64,000 nucleotides of DNA from Bacteroidota bacterium (GTDB lineage Bacteria > Bacteroidota > Bacteroidia > Bacteroidales > ML635J-15), in NCBI GenBank assembly GCA_034658655.1, contig JAYEFQ010000079.1, forward strand, positions 8,965 to 72,964, read 5' to 3'. The stretch's first letter is position 1. Each line of letters starts with the position of its first letter. Made by a program: the position numbers and the translations under genes. The notes beneath the pieces were generated by a model. That model made no database searches, had not been told where the DNA came from, and saw only the letters and a program-made list of their open reading frames with translations. Shown piece after piece: positions 48,624 to 59,523 of the stretch.

Positions 48624-51601
48624 TATTTCCAGTAAATTTCATCGGCAAAAATCCAACTTTCCCCACCATATCCAAGGTGCCATTCTGGAATATCACCATA
48701 GGTTTTTGCTTCAATTTTTATGTGTCGTACTAATTGTGGTGTGAAATCTACTTCAATATCCTCAACAAAAGCACCATAGTTATCATCATTAAACTCTGAA
48801 TTTATTGTCCCCACCGTTTTAAATTGCTTCGATTGATTTGCAATGGAAAACTCCACTGCTGTTGGCATCCATATCCAACTCTTAATGTCTTGTAAAAATC
48901 CAACATACACTGATGATATTTCCATCTCACGACCTAAATCAACAATCGCAATTAAATCTTGTGCATCATAACCTTGCCATTCGCCCGTACGGAAATCATT
49001 GCCTCCACGAATACCATCAATCAAAGCGGTATTTCCACCGGCATTGTATTGATTGCTATATTCAGCAAACAGCTCAATACTTACTCTGTCGTCAATTTTT
49101 TTGTATTTACCGACAACAATGCCGCTTTGCTTTTCGCCTTGCATGGCAATGCATTGTATTTCTGCATCATCATAAATGCGAATTGGCTCAGAATACACCC
49201 TTGAATTTTGATTTGGCATACTACCGTCCGTTGTGTAAAAAAGCATAACGTCATCGGCTTGAGGTGTATGAATTTCAATAATAAGTGAATCAGAAAAACT
49301 TCGTTGTGCAGGTGTCATTATTGGACTGATAATAATTGGTTCATCAGTAATTCGTGAAGAAAAAATCGCCTCTTCATTGCTTCCGAAATCTTTATTTGGA
49401 GCGGCGCCCATTACAAAATGCAGCTTACCGCCATTCATGATTTGTTCATGTCGGATGTAAGTTTTATTCCATGATTTTTCATTTATTTCCACAGATTGAA
49501 TATAAACATTTTCATCGCTGAGATTTTCGGCCGTAATTTCAAACTGTTTTCCATTTTCAAGTTGGATAATTGCTGTATCAAACATGGGCGAGCCGAAATC
49601 ATAAATCCCACTTGCCGGATTTACCGGATAAAAACCAAGCGCACTAAAAACATACCATGCCGACATTTGTCCGCAATCTTCATTGCCGATATAGCCATCG
49701 GGTTGGTCGCTGTACATTTCATTCATGATTTTTTTTACCAACGCCTGAGATTTCCAAGGCTTTCCGCAGTAATTATACATATATGCAATATGATGGCTGG
49801 GTTCATTTCCATGGGCATATTGTCCGATAAGACCAGTGATATCTACCTGATGTCTGCCGCTAGTTTCATTATCCGCAACAAAAAGTGAATCTAACAAAGC
49901 ATCCATTGCATTCGGGCCGCCAAGCATGTCCATCCACCCATGAATATCCTGAGGAACATAAAAACTGTATTGCCATGCATTTGCTTCGGTATAATTGAAA
50001 TTAACTTCGGCAGGATCAAAAGGAGAAAACCAGCTTCCATTCACACGTGCACGCATGAGTTTTGTGTCATGATCAAAATGATTTTTGTAATACTGCGCCC
50101 GTTGGATAAATGTTTTATACACATTATCCTTTCCCATTTTCTTCGCCATTTGTGCGATACACCAATCATCATAAGCATATTCTAAGGCCTTAGAAACTGA
50201 TTCGTGTTCATCTTCAACACCAATATATCCTTTGGAAATAAATGCCGGTAGTCCGAGATGCTCCATTGTCGCAGAATGCTGCATGGCTTCAAGCGCAAGT
50301 TCTGCATCAAAATTATCAATACCTTTGGCATAAGCATCTGCAATTACAGGAATAGAATGATAGCCAATCATACAACCTGTGAAATTTCCTGCAAGCTCCC
50401 AAACTGGCAGTTGTCCGCCCTGCTCATATTGATTCAAAAAAGTCTGGATAAAATCATTTGTGCGTTTAGTTTGGGTAATGGTAAATAGCGGATGAGTTGC
50501 CCGATAAGTGTCCCAGAGTGAAAAAACCGTGTATTGTGTATGGTCTTTTGCCTGATGAATTTTCAAATCGGTTCCCCGGTATTTTCCATCCACATCGGTA
50601 AAGAGATTGGGCGCAAGGTACGCATGATAAAGTGCTGAATAAAACACCCTTTTTTTGTATTCATCACCTCTTACCACAATATCGCTAAGTTCATCATTCC
50701 ATGCAGATTTTGCACGGGATTTTATAGACTCAAAATCAAACTTATCGGTTTCTTGTTCGAGATTTTGTTTCGCACCCTCTATGCTGACAGCAGAAATTCC
50801 CACCTTCACGATAAGTTCCTTATCATTTAAATTATTAAATCCGGCAATAATTTTCACCCCTTTTCCATAAGCATCGAATTTATCATTGATATCTGCATCA
50901 TTAATTTTATAAAAAGTTGAATTGATTGGCTCAGAGAAACGGGCATAAAAATACACATGCTGATCTTTAGCCCAAGCTCGTGAGCGACGAAATCCGGAAA
51001 TATCCGTTTCATTAACCTGTTTAAACCCCGATTCAATCACATCATCGCGATGGGTAAGATCAATCATCATATATGCCGTATCGTTATTGTTATAACGATA
51101 TTTGTGAACTCCGGTTCGTTCGGTAACAGTAAGTTCAACATCCACATTCGGTGTTTCAAGATGCACAGCATAATAGCCGGGTAAAGCAATTTCTGTGTTA
51201 TGATTAAAAACAGAGGCATAACCGAGTTCATCAGAAAAATATCCACTATCATACGAATATTTTCCACTCATTGGCATGAAAAGAATATCACCGTAATCTG
51301 AAACTCCGGTTCCACTGAGATGTGTATGGCTGAATCCATAAATAATAGAATCTGAATAATGATACGCAGAGCAACCGTCCCATCCCGTTAAACGGGAATC
51401 TGGGCTGAGTTGAACCATTCCGAAAGGCATACTTGCCCCCGGATAGGTATGACCATGTCCACCGGTACCAAGTATGGGATTTACATATTGACTAAGGTCA
51501 TGAATTGTTTTTTTATGTTTTGGAATAAAAAAAGTGATAAATACGAGTGCTGCAATAAATGCAATTGCAAAAAGTATTGGAAAGGTTTTGCGATTTTTCA
51601 T
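48623..51601 (-). CDS. GH92 alpha-mannosidase with extra C-terminal CHB_HEX_C-like and F5/8-type-C (discoidin)-like domains
   Basis: VNPILGTGGHGHTYPGASMPFGMVQLSPDS, GNEPSHHIAYMYNY and GNEDCGQMSAWYVFSALGFYPV are GH92 hallmarks. About 240 further residues follow (FYTTDGSMPN..., ALIDGIRGG...). Confidence 0.9.
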   Translation of the reverse strand: MKNRKTFPILFAIAFIAALVFITFFIPKHKKTIHDLSQYVNPILGTGGHGHTYPGASMPFGMVQLSPDSRLTGWDGCSAYHYSDSIIYGFSHTHLSGTGVSDYGDILFMPMSGKYSYDSGYFSDELGYASVFNHNTEIALPGYYAVHLETPNVDVELTVTERTGVHKYRYNNNDTAYMMIDLTHRDDVIESGFKQVNETDISGFRRSRAWAKDQHVYFYARFSEPINSTFYKINDADINDKFDAYGKGVKIIAGFNNLNDKELIVKVGISAVSIEGAKQNLEQETDKFDFESIKSRAKSAWNDELSDIVVRGDEYKKRVFYSALYHAYLAPNLFTDVDGKYRGTDLKIHQAKDHTQYTVFSLWDTYRATHPLFTITQTKRTNDFIQTFLNQYEQGGQLPVWELAGNFTGCMIGYHSIPVIADAYAKGIDNFDAELALEAMQHSATMEHLGLPAFISKGYIGVEDEHESVSKALEYAYDDWCIAQMAKKMGKDNVYKTFIQRAQYYKNHFDHDTKLMRARVNGSWFSPFDPAEVNFNYTEANAWQYSFYVPQDIHGWMDMLGGPNAMDALLDSLFVADNETSGRHQVDITGLIGQYAHGNEPSHHIAYMYNYCGKPWKSQALVKKIMNEMYSDQPDGYIGNEDCGQMSAWYVFSALGFYPVNPASGIYDFGSPMFDTAIIQLENGKQFEITAENLSDENVYIQSVEINEKSWNKTYIRHEQIMNGGKLHFVMGAAPNKDFGSNEEAIFSSRITDEPIIISPIMTPAQRSFSDSLIIEIHTPQADDVMLFYTTDGSMPNQNSRVYSEPIRIYDDAEIQCIAMQGEKQSGIVVGKYKKIDDRVSIELFAEYSNQYNAGGNTALIDGIRGGNDFRTGEWQGYDAQDLIAIVDLGREMEISSVYVGFLQDIKSWIWMPTAVEFSIANQSKQFKTVGTINSEFNDDNYGAFVEDIEVDFTPQLVRHIKIEAKTYGDIPEWHLGYGGESWIFADEIYWK

Positions 51602-51705
51602 TAATCAAAATTTTGTTTGCTCAAAAATAAGAAAATCTTACAAACGCGATAAATAAACGGAAATATAATTACATGTACAGGATGTCAACAAAGCAGTAAA
51701 ACACC

Positions 51706-53613
51706 CTACTCAGCATGATAATCAAGCGCTTCAAAACGTGAGTTTTGTGAAATAAACTCAGGAACGATGGTTTTCATTGCTTTAACAATTTTCATTTCAT
51801 CATCTTCAAAAGAAATTTCTATGAGTTGCCTGATTGCCTCGCTAATTGTTTCAAAATCATACTCTCTAACTTTGGCAATCATAATATGAGAATGATAAGT
51901 TGCTTGGGTATTTTCTTTGCTCGCTAATAACTCCTCATACAGTTTTTCTCCGGGGCGTAATCCGGTAAATGACAACTGAATATCCGTGCCGAGTTCAAGC
52001 CCGGACAGTTTAATCATTCGTTTTGCCAAATTTATGATCTTCACAGATTTCCCCATGTCAAAAATGAAGATTTCGCTACCATTACCCATTGCGCCGGCTT
52101 CCATTACTAATTGACAGGCTTCGGGAATCGTCATAAAATAACGCGTTACATCAGGATGTGTGATGGTAATCGGACCTCCTTTGGCAATTTGTTTTTGAAA
52201 GCGCGGAATAACTGACCCATTTGACCCAAGCACGTTTCCGAAGCGCGTGGTAATAAATTTTGTGTCATTTTGAGTTTTTCCCAGGGATTGAGTGTAAATT
52301 TCAGCAATTCGCTTACTGGCACCCATAATATTTGTTGGGTTTACTGCTTTATCAGTTGATACCATAACAAATCGCTTAACCTTGTTGGCAACAGCAATGT
52401 CTGCAATTGTTTTTGTTCCACCAATGTTGGTTCTAACTGCTTCGTCAGGATTCATTTCCATCATAGGAACATGCTTGTATGCGGCTGCATGATACACGTG
52501 TTCCGGTTTATATTCTTTAAAAACAGCCTCAACATGTACTTTATTTGTCACATCCCCGATAATGACTGCGTAGTTTTTAAAATTGTAGCGTTCAGTTAAT
52601 TCAAGCTCAAGATCGTAAAGCGGCGACTCTGCCTGATCAAACAAAACAATACATTTTGGATGATATTTAGAAATCTGACGTGCAATTTCGCTTCCAATAC
52701 TGCCTGCAGCACCGGTTACCAAAACGGTTTTATCAAGTAATTGTGTGCTTATTCGTTTTTTATCCAAATCAATTGGATCACGCTCTAAAAGCTCCTCAAT
52801 TTGGATTTCCTTAATTTGGCGGAAAGATAGTTCACCATTAATCCAATGGCTAACATCCGGAATGGTTAAAACTTTAACGTTCTTATCAAGACAAGTGTCA
52901 ACAATTTCTTGTTTTTGCACAGCACTCAAATCTTGCCCTGCTATAATTAAGGTTTTTACGGATTGTTGGTCAATTGTTTTATCTAAATCCTGAAGCGGAT
53001 AAACCATTAATCCTTCAATTTTCTTCCCTATTCTATCAGACTGACTATCAAGATATCCTATGACATTATCTTTGGATGAAGCATCCCGTTCAATAGTTCG
53101 TTTTGTAATTAAACTGACTTCATCTGTACCGTATATCAGCACATTACTTCTTTCCTTACGGGGATAATTGAATTCATTGAATATCGTTTTTACCACCAGT
53201 CGAAAAAATGTCATAGCAAAAGTAGTCATCACAAATTCAATAATAATAATTGAAGTGGGAATGAGGAAAAATTCTACGACTTGAAAACTAATGAAATTCG
53301 CCAGAAGCAAAATTGCACTCCCTATAATTTGAACAATTAACAGCCGATGGACATCCCGAGTACTTGTATAGCGAACAAGTCCGATATGCATTTTACTAAT
53401 AAGAAAACTGAATGCCCTAATAAATAAAACCAGAGGCACAACAAAACGAAGCGACTCAAAATCATCTTGTGGAATGTTAAAATTGAATCTCAGATAATAA
53501 CTAAACACAATTGACATGAATACGATAGTCAAGTCAATTAAAAAAATGACCCACCTAGGTGTTACTTTTCTGAGTGTGTTGATGTTCATAAGTGTAAAAT
53601 TACAAAGAATCAT
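51706..53613 (-). CDS. polysaccharide biosynthesis protein, CapD/PglF/WbpM-type NDP-sugar 4,6-dehydratase
   Basis: 4 N-terminal TM helices, Rossmann motif VLVTGAAGSIGSE, AAAYKHVP, and RFGNVLGSNGSV. Confidence 0.85.
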   Translation of the reverse strand: MILCNFTLMNINTLRKVTPRWVIFLIDLTIVFMSIVFSYYLRFNFNIPQDDFESLRFVVPLVLFIRAFSFLISKMHIGLVRYTSTRDVHRLLIVQIIGSAILLLANFISFQVVEFFLIPTSIIIIEFVMTTFAMTFFRLVVKTIFNEFNYPRKERSNVLIYGTDEVSLITKRTIERDASSKDNVIGYLDSQSDRIGKKIEGLMVYPLQDLDKTIDQQSVKTLIIAGQDLSAVQKQEIVDTCLDKNVKVLTIPDVSHWINGELSFRQIKEIQIEELLERDPIDLDKKRISTQLLDKTVLVTGAAGSIGSEIARQISKYHPKCIVLFDQAESPLYDLELELTERYNFKNYAVIIGDVTNKVHVEAVFKEYKPEHVYHAAAYKHVPMMEMNPDEAVRTNIGGTKTIADIAVANKVKRFVMVSTDKAVNPTNIMGASKRIAEIYTQSLGKTQNDTKFITTRFGNVLGSNGSVIPRFQKQIAKGGPITITHPDVTRYFMTIPEACQLVMEAGAMGNGSEIFIFDMGKSVKIINLAKRMIKLSGLELGTDIQLSFTGLRPGEKLYEELLASKENTQATYHSHIMIAKVREYDFETISEAIRQLIEISFEDDEMKIVKAMKTIVPEFISQNSRFEALDYHAE

Positions 53614-53643
53614 TAAAACAAAGCCAATTCTGTGAAAATAATC

Positions 53644-54207
53644 TTATCGGCGAATAACTTCTATTTGATTATTTCCTCGTACTCGGACAATTGAAGAGGC
53701 TTTGACATGTCTATTATTTCGATTTAAATTGACGGAATAATCTACCTTTTCAATGAGTTTTTTATCAATATCGTTATATTTCAAAGGAGATTCTTGTCCT
53801 GAAAAATTTGCTGACGTTGAAACAATTGGTCGTTTAAACCGACGAATTAAATCATGTACAAAGCCTTGAGAAACCACTCGAATTGCAATGCTTCCGTCTT
53901 CAGAAATCAAATTTATTGGAAGGTTTTTCGCGCCATCAAAAATCACAGTAAGTGGGTTATCAGCAATTTCCATCATATCCAAAGCAACTTCTGGCGGATT
54001 ATTAACATATGCCATAACCCGGCTAACATGTTCCACAAGTATGAGCATACTTTTTGCAGGCTCGCGTTGTTTTAATTTGTAAAGATTATCAATTGCATCT
54101 GCATTATTTGCATCACAACCAAGTCCCCAAATTGTATCTGTGGGATAGAGAATTATTCCGCCTTTATGCAGGATATCACAGGTTTTATTAATTTCTTCTT
54201 TCATCAT
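53644..54207 (-). CDS. tsaC: L-threonylcarbamoyladenylate synthase (YrdC/TsaC family)
   Basis: YPTDTIWGLGCDA, and STSANFSGQ. Confidence 0.8.
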   Translation of the reverse strand: MMKEEINKTCDILHKGGIILYPTDTIWGLGCDANNADAIDNLYKLKQREPAKSMLILVEHVSRVMAYVNNPPEVALDMMEIADNPLTVIFDGAKNLPINLISEDGSIAIRVVSQGFVHDLIRRFKRPIVSTSANFSGQESPLKYNDIDKKLIEKVDYSVNLNRNNRHVKASSIVRVRGNNQIEVIRR

Positions 54208-55322
54208 TAAACCAAACTTTTATACAGATCGATTAATTGTCTTGCGATTTTTTCTTGGCTGAAATTTTTTGCGTATTTCAAACCTTTTTGCTTCATGCTT
54301 TCAGCTTTTTGTGGAGATTCAATAATTTTCTGAATGCTTTCTCCAATTTCTTCAGGGTGATTTGGATTAACATAAATTGCTGCATCCCCACCGGCTTCAA
54401 GAAAACATCCATATTTATTTGTAATCACAGGCGTTCCACTATTTAATGCTTCTAAAATCGGAATACCAAAACCCTCAAATAATGAAGGATAAATAAATAT
54501 TTTTGCAGCTTGGTAAATCGCCGGCAAATCAGCACTTGGAACATTATGCCTAAAAACCACCTGATTTTCCATATTGTTTTCACGGATATAATACTGCAAC
54601 ACCTTAACATAACTAGTTGATTTTCCGATAAAAACAACAGGAATATCCAAGCCAGATTGTTTTAACCCTTCAAGCACATGTAACGCATTTTTTCGTTGTT
54701 CTAATGTGCCGACACTTAAAATATATTTTTCAGGAATTTTATGTTTTATTAGACATTTATCAATTTCCTCTTTGCTTTTTTGTTCATAAAATATGGGATT
54801 ACATCCTTGATATATCACCTCTATTTTATTTTCCGGGATATGAAAAAATGACACAATGTCTGCTTTGGTTTGCTTTGAAATTGCAATAACTTTATCTGCC
54901 GCAAGACAGGCTTCAAAAAACTTTTGCTGATAAATTTCCCTATCCACCGATTTGTAAAGCTCAGGATAGCGCATGAAAATTAAATCGTGAATTGTTACAA
55001 CTTTACGGGTTTCTGAATGCACAATATTTGCAGGCAATTCATTGCTAAGTCCATGATATATATCCAATTTGTCGCGGGAAATTTCACTCCCTAAGGTCAT
55101 ACTTCGCCAATACGATTGGTAAAACCGGCTAATGCCCTTTGGTTGTACTATTCTTGCATCTCGCTTTAACCCAAAAGCAATTGGATTTTTTTTCTTTGGC
55201 GTATAAAGAAAATAATCATGCTCGGAATAATACTTCATCAAACTATTGATTGTATCTCTGCTGTAATTTCCTAATCCGCTTCGGTTATAAAAAGCTCGTT
55301 TTGCATCAAATCCTATCCGCAT
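54207..55322 (-). CDS. glycosyltransferase family 4 (GT-B)
   Basis: C-terminal YPSLFEGFGIPILEALNSGTPVI. The ORF opens at 55358, but MRIGFDAKRAF at 55322 is the typical family N-terminus. Confidence 0.8.
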   Translation of the reverse strand: MRIGFDAKRAFYNRSGLGNYSRDTINSLMKYYSEHDYFLYTPKKKNPIAFGLKRDARIVQPKGISRFYQSYWRSMTLGSEISRDKLDIYHGLSNELPANIVHSETRKVVTIHDLIFMRYPELYKSVDREIYQQKFFEACLAADKVIAISKQTKADIVSFFHIPENKIEVIYQGCNPIFYEQKSKEEIDKCLIKHKIPEKYILSVGTLEQRKNALHVLEGLKQSGLDIPVVFIGKSTSYVKVLQYYIRENNMENQVVFRHNVPSADLPAIYQAAKIFIYPSLFEGFGIPILEALNSGTPVITNKYGCFLEAGGDAAIYVNPNHPEEIGESIQKIIESPQKAESMKQKGLKYAKNFSQEKIARQLIDLYKSLV

Positions 55323-55460
55323 CTCACTGCATGTTCTAATTTTGTCAAAGATAATCAAATCATAGCAATCTACAGGGGTAAATTTAATTCCAATGTAATT
55401 CTAAAGAAATCCTTGCTTAAAAAAGTCATTTAAATTGGTTTTATTGCCATATTTGCAGCA

Positions 55461-56756
55461 ATGAATTATTTGCTTTCATACATATTATTAGCCTTTTCAA
55501 GCGCTTTGAATGCGACTTGCATCCATGCATTTCCAGTTGGCGACACGATTTCTAGCATGCATGGTTCAGACAGTTTATCCTCGAAAATCGCTCCAAATGA
55601 ATTAAATAGTACCTATTCAGATCCCAATACATTATATTTCGAGCAAATTTCTCAACGACCAATTGATTTATTAGATAGCATTACTGCCAGAAAACCAAAA
55701 TCAATTCTGCATTCAAGTTTTAATTCTGATGAGGCTGCAAACAATGACTCCTTAATTCAGGCGAGACTAAAGCATTTATCTGAAAAAATGGAAATTCCAC
55801 TTGATTATAATGTTCACGTTAAAGCGTATATCCATGCATATGCTTTAAAAAATCCAGATAAAATCAGTCGAATTCTCGGTGAACAATTGTATTATTTTCC
55901 AATTTTTGAAGATTATTTTGGGAAATACAATCTTCCGCCCGAACTCAAATACCTTGCTGCCGTAGAATCTGCTTTAGATCCTTTTGCTGTATCGAAAAGC
56001 GGAGCAGTAGGGCTTTGGCAATTTTTACCAGGAACTGCAGGTTTGTTTGATTTAGAAATAAATGCGTATGTTGATGAACGACGTGATGCCTTTTTATCTA
56101 CCGATGCTGCCTGTCGTTACATTGAGTATTTATACCGTATTTATGGTGATTGGCATTTGGTTTTAGCTTCATACAATGGGGGTCCCGGAGCAGTTCAAAA
56201 AGCTATAGCACGTTCAGGCGGTGAACGAGACTATTGGAAACTTAGAGAACATATTTCAGAGCAAATGCAAAATTATGTACCTGCGTTTATTGCAATGACT
56301 TACGTGATGAATTATTATCATGATTTTGGAATTGTTCCTGAAATCCCGAAATATACGCGCTATCATATGGATACTTTATTGGTATATGAATCTATTGGGT
56401 TTGATCAGATTAGTCAAACATTGCCAATTTCAGTAGAGAAATTACGAGTTTTAAATCCTTTATACCGAAAAGATTTAATTTCCGCCTCAGAATATGGACA
56501 TACGCTTGTATTACCTTTAAATTTATTGATTGAGTTTGTGATACAATTCGAAACGATTCGTAAAAATCCAGAAAGCTTAGATACATTAAGCACTTCGACT
56601 GGTGAGAAGAAACTGGTTACAGTGAAACCCGGAGATTCATTGCATAAACTTGCAATTCGGCATTTCTGCACCATTGATGATATCATTAAATGGAATAATA
56701 TTTCTAGAGATTATCAATTACATGCCGGTGAAACTCTGATTATTTACATGCATTAA
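55461..56756 (+). CDS. lytic transglycosylase (SLT domain, MltD-like) with C-terminal LysM
   Basis: AVESALDPFAVSKSGAVGLWQF...SYNGGPG forms the SLT catalytic Glu-Ser context. The LysM domain reads VTVKPGDSLHKLAIRH..IIKWNNI. Confidence 0.8.
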   Translation: MNYLLSYILLAFSSALNATCIHAFPVGDTISSMHGSDSLSSKIAPNELNSTYSDPNTLYFEQISQRPIDLLDSITARKPKSILHSSFNSDEAANNDSLIQARLKHLSEKMEIPLDYNVHVKAYIHAYALKNPDKISRILGEQLYYFPIFEDYFGKYNLPPELKYLAAVESALDPFAVSKSGAVGLWQFLPGTAGLFDLEINAYVDERRDAFLSTDAACRYIEYLYRIYGDWHLVLASYNGGPGAVQKAIARSGGERDYWKLREHISEQMQNYVPAFIAMTYVMNYYHDFGIVPEIPKYTRYHMDTLLVYESIGFDQISQTLPISVEKLRVLNPLYRKDLISASEYGHTLVLPLNLLIEFVIQFETIRKNPESLDTLSTSTGEKKLVTVKPGDSLHKLAIRHFCTIDDIIKWNNISRDYQLHAGETLIIYMH

Positions 56757-57136
56757 CGTCTTATATTCAGTAGATTGCTGATTTTATTGAGTAAATCTTC
56801 TCGATTGATTGGCTTAAGGACATAATCATCACAGCCCATTTCAAGCATTTCCTGAATTTGAGATTCAAGAATACTTGCCGTTTGAATAATTATTGGAACT
56901 TCAGGATGTTGAGATTTCATCATCTCAGTAAGCTGAACTCCGTTGATATCAGGTAATTGTACATCAAGTAAAACTATATCCGGTGCGTTTTCTTCAAAAC
57001 TTGACATGACTTCACCACCGGTGGCTGCATGAATAATATTTATACCTGTTTTTTTAAGAAACACATTAAGAAGTTGAAAATTCACAGGGTCATCTTCAAC
57101 AACTAATACATTATATTTTTCCCAATTAAATTTCAT
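56753..57136 (-). CDS. single-domain response regulator (CheY-like receiver)
   Basis: VLVVEDDPVN, the phospho-acceptor context LLDVQLPDING, and a conserved K in DYVLKP. Confidence 0.8.
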   Translation of the reverse strand: MKFNWEKYNVLVVEDDPVNFQLLNVFLKKTGINIIHAATGGEVMSSFEENAPDIVLLDVQLPDINGVQLTEMMKSQHPEVPIIIQTASILESQIQEMLEMGCDDYVLKPINREDLLNKISNLLNIRR

Positions 57137-57215
57137 CGCTTTTTCTATTGTTTATTATATTTTAACCATTAAACGAAATACAAAGCGAAAAGTTTGTTTT
57201 TGTTAATAAGTTTTT

Positions 57216-58037
57216 TTATTCTGTGTCAAAACTCACTAAATTTTCTTTTAATTTTTCAAGAAATTCGGTTTGGGTTTCTCCGCCGTATTTCGCTTTTAGG
57301 GCTTGGTCCCAATTTCCATACATTGGATTTGGCAAAATAATAAAATCTCGTCCGAGAAATTCTTTGTTCTCTGCCAACGTGTTTTTCCCAAAATCGTCTT
57401 GTCTGTCACCCAAAAAGTTACTATAATCATTCAGATTGTCACCAACGTAAAGCAAAATATCATAATCTGCTTGTACAATGGCTCGACGAGCATCTTTATT
57501 GCTAGTTTCCTCCTTAAAAAGGAAGCGTTCTTTCCGTGTTTCAGGAAATCCAAGTGCTGTCATATTTTCAATGCTACTATCTAACTCATTGGTTTTTCGA
57601 TTTGAAATATAAAAAATTTCAACACCCATGGATTTTGCTTTTTCCAAAAATTCAATTGCACCAGGTAATGCATCTGCCTCACCCAAATCAGTCCAAGTTT
57701 TCCAGAAATCGGAAGAATAGGGTTTACTTGTTTCTATCATTTTTGCTTGAAAAGGTGAATTATCCAAAAGGGTTTCATCAATATCAAGGACAATCGCATT
57801 TGGTTTATCCGACTCATCATTTTCCAGCTTGTTTTCCAGCGCAAATTCGGCTTGATTAAAGGCTTGATAATAACACGCAGCCATTTCTGCTGATTGTTGA
57901 TACCAAGCAGTAGCCATTAATAAATGTTGATTGTCTGTGTTGCTTGCAGGTTCTGTATTTTGATTTGTGTCTGCCGGTTGACATGCATACAAAAACGCAA
58001 TTGTCAGAATGAGCCCTAAGTATAATCCTTTTTTCAT
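57216..58037 (-). CDS. class C acid phosphatase / 5'-nucleotidase, lipoprotein e(P4) family (HAD)
   Basis: Lipobox FLYAC, with DDDD motifs VLDIDETLLDNSP and YVGDNLND. The ATG 58037 start gives the lipoprotein signal; the ORF opens at 58091. Confidence 0.8.
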   Translation of the reverse strand: MKKGLYLGLILTIAFLYACQPADTNQNTEPASNTDNQHLLMATAWYQQSAEMAACYYQAFNQAEFALENKLENDESDKPNAIVLDIDETLLDNSPFQAKMIETSKPYSSDFWKTWTDLGEADALPGAIEFLEKAKSMGVEIFYISNRKTNELDSSIENMTALGFPETRKERFLFKEETSNKDARRAIVQADYDILLYVGDNLNDYSNFLGDRQDDFGKNTLAENKEFLGRDFIILPNPMYGNWDQALKAKYGGETQTEFLEKLKENLVSFDTE

Positions 58038-58083
58038 AAGAAAATATTTTTGTCTAAAATACAATTTTTGTTTTAATAATGTA

Positions 58084-58116
58084 TGAGACAAGTATAAAAA
58101 GTATAAAGTTTATAAA
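58084..58116 (+). repeat. copy B of a conserved intergenic element (TGAGACAAGTATAAAAAGTATAAAGTTTATAAA)
   Basis: 31 of 33 nt identical to 37219-37251. Confidence 0.7.
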
Positions 58117-58268
58117 AATAAAAGCGTAACCCACTAATAATAAAGAGTTTAACACAATGCTAAATGCTGTTATAAGTAATTGATATTCAACAATATATCT
58201 TCATAAACTTTTTAAGAGGACTCATGTAATTTTTTGTGTAAATATTTTGTAAAAATATATGATCAAAA

Positions 58269-59450
58269 TTATATCCGATTGTAAGGATAACGTTCAAAAT
58301 GCAAGTCCTTAACCATATCAAAAAGTACAGACTTAAATTCATCAAGATTATTTCCTGTTTTTGCTGAAATAAATACAGCGGGACGATTAACCTCTGCAAG
58401 ATACATGCTTTTTAAATCGTCTAAGCTGTAATTTTCACGCTCTTTAGGACTTAAATCATCTTCGTCTTTTTTATTATAAGTAAATGCATCCGTTTTATTG
58501 AAGACAAGTAAAGTAGGTTTATTTCCGGCGCCAATTTCATTCAGCGTTGATTTCACTACCTCCAATTGTTCTTCAAATCCGGGATGTGAGATGTCCACTA
58601 CATGTACAAGCACATCAGATTCTCGGGTTTCATCCAGTGTTGATTTAAAAGATTCTACAAGATGAGTTGGCAGTTTGCGAATAAAACCGACAGTATCAGA
58701 CATTAAAAACGGAAGATTATTAACAACTACTTTCCGGACTGTAGTGTCTAACGTTGCAAATAGTTTGTTTTCGGCAAAGACTTCAGATTTGCTGAGCACA
58801 TTCATCAATGTTGATTTCCCAACATTTGTGTATCCAACAAGTGCCACGCGAACCATTTTCCCACGGTTTTTACGTTGGGTTGCCATTTGCTTATCGATTT
58901 TTTCTAGCTGTTTTCGAAGCAAGGCAATTTTATCACGAATGATTCGTCTATCCGTTTCAATTTCTCGCTCTCCCGGCCCTCGCATTCCGATACCACCTCT
59001 TTGTCGTTCTAAGTGAGTCCACATCCCCTTTAATCGGGGCAAAAGGTATTGATATTGCGCTAATTCTACTTGCGTTCTGGCATGGGCGGTTCTGGCTCTG
59101 GATGCAAAAATATCAAGAATTAATGTAGTTCTATCGAGCACTTGAATTTTTAGCGTATTTTCAATATTACGTGCTTGAGTGGGGCTCAGGTCATCATCAA
59201 AAATAACCAATTTAATATCATGTGATTTTATATATTGCTCTATTTCAATCAGTTTCCCTGATCCAATATAAGTTTTCGGATTCGGATTATCTAGTTTTTG
59301 AAGAAAAGATTTTTGTGGTTTTGCCCCTGCTGTTTCTGCAAGAAATGCCAATTCATCAATATATTCTTCTGCTTGTGTTTTGCTTTGATTTTCTTGTATT
59401 GCACCTACTAATACAGCAGGGATTTCTTTCTTTATTGTTTGTTTTACCAT
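58269..59450 (-). CDS. hflX: GTPase HflX
   Basis: HflX N-terminal domain (LDRTTLILDIFASRA..A..QVELAQ), G1 motif GYTNVGKSTLMN, DTVGF, and NKTD. The likely ATG is at 59450; the ORF track opens at TTG 59483. Confidence 0.9.
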   Translation of the reverse strand: MVKQTIKKEIPAVLVGAIQENQSKTQAEEYIDELAFLAETAGAKPQKSFLQKLDNPNPKTYIGSGKLIEIEQYIKSHDIKLVIFDDDLSPTQARNIENTLKIQVLDRTTLILDIFASRARTAHARTQVELAQYQYLLPRLKGMWTHLERQRGGIGMRGPGEREIETDRRIIRDKIALLRKQLEKIDKQMATQRKNRGKMVRVALVGYTNVGKSTLMNVLSKSEVFAENKLFATLDTTVRKVVVNNLPFLMSDTVGFIRKLPTHLVESFKSTLDETRESDVLVHVVDISHPGFEEQLEVVKSTLNEIGAGNKPTLLVFNKTDAFTYNKKDEDDLSPKERENYSLDDLKSMYLAEVNRPAVFISAKTGNNLDEFKSVLFDMVKDLHFERYPYNRI

Positions 59451-59523
59451 AGGGTATGACTCCTCAGATTGAAAAAACCCCAATTAAAAAATCAGGGTTT
59501 AAGCATATTATATGTTTTTGTTT

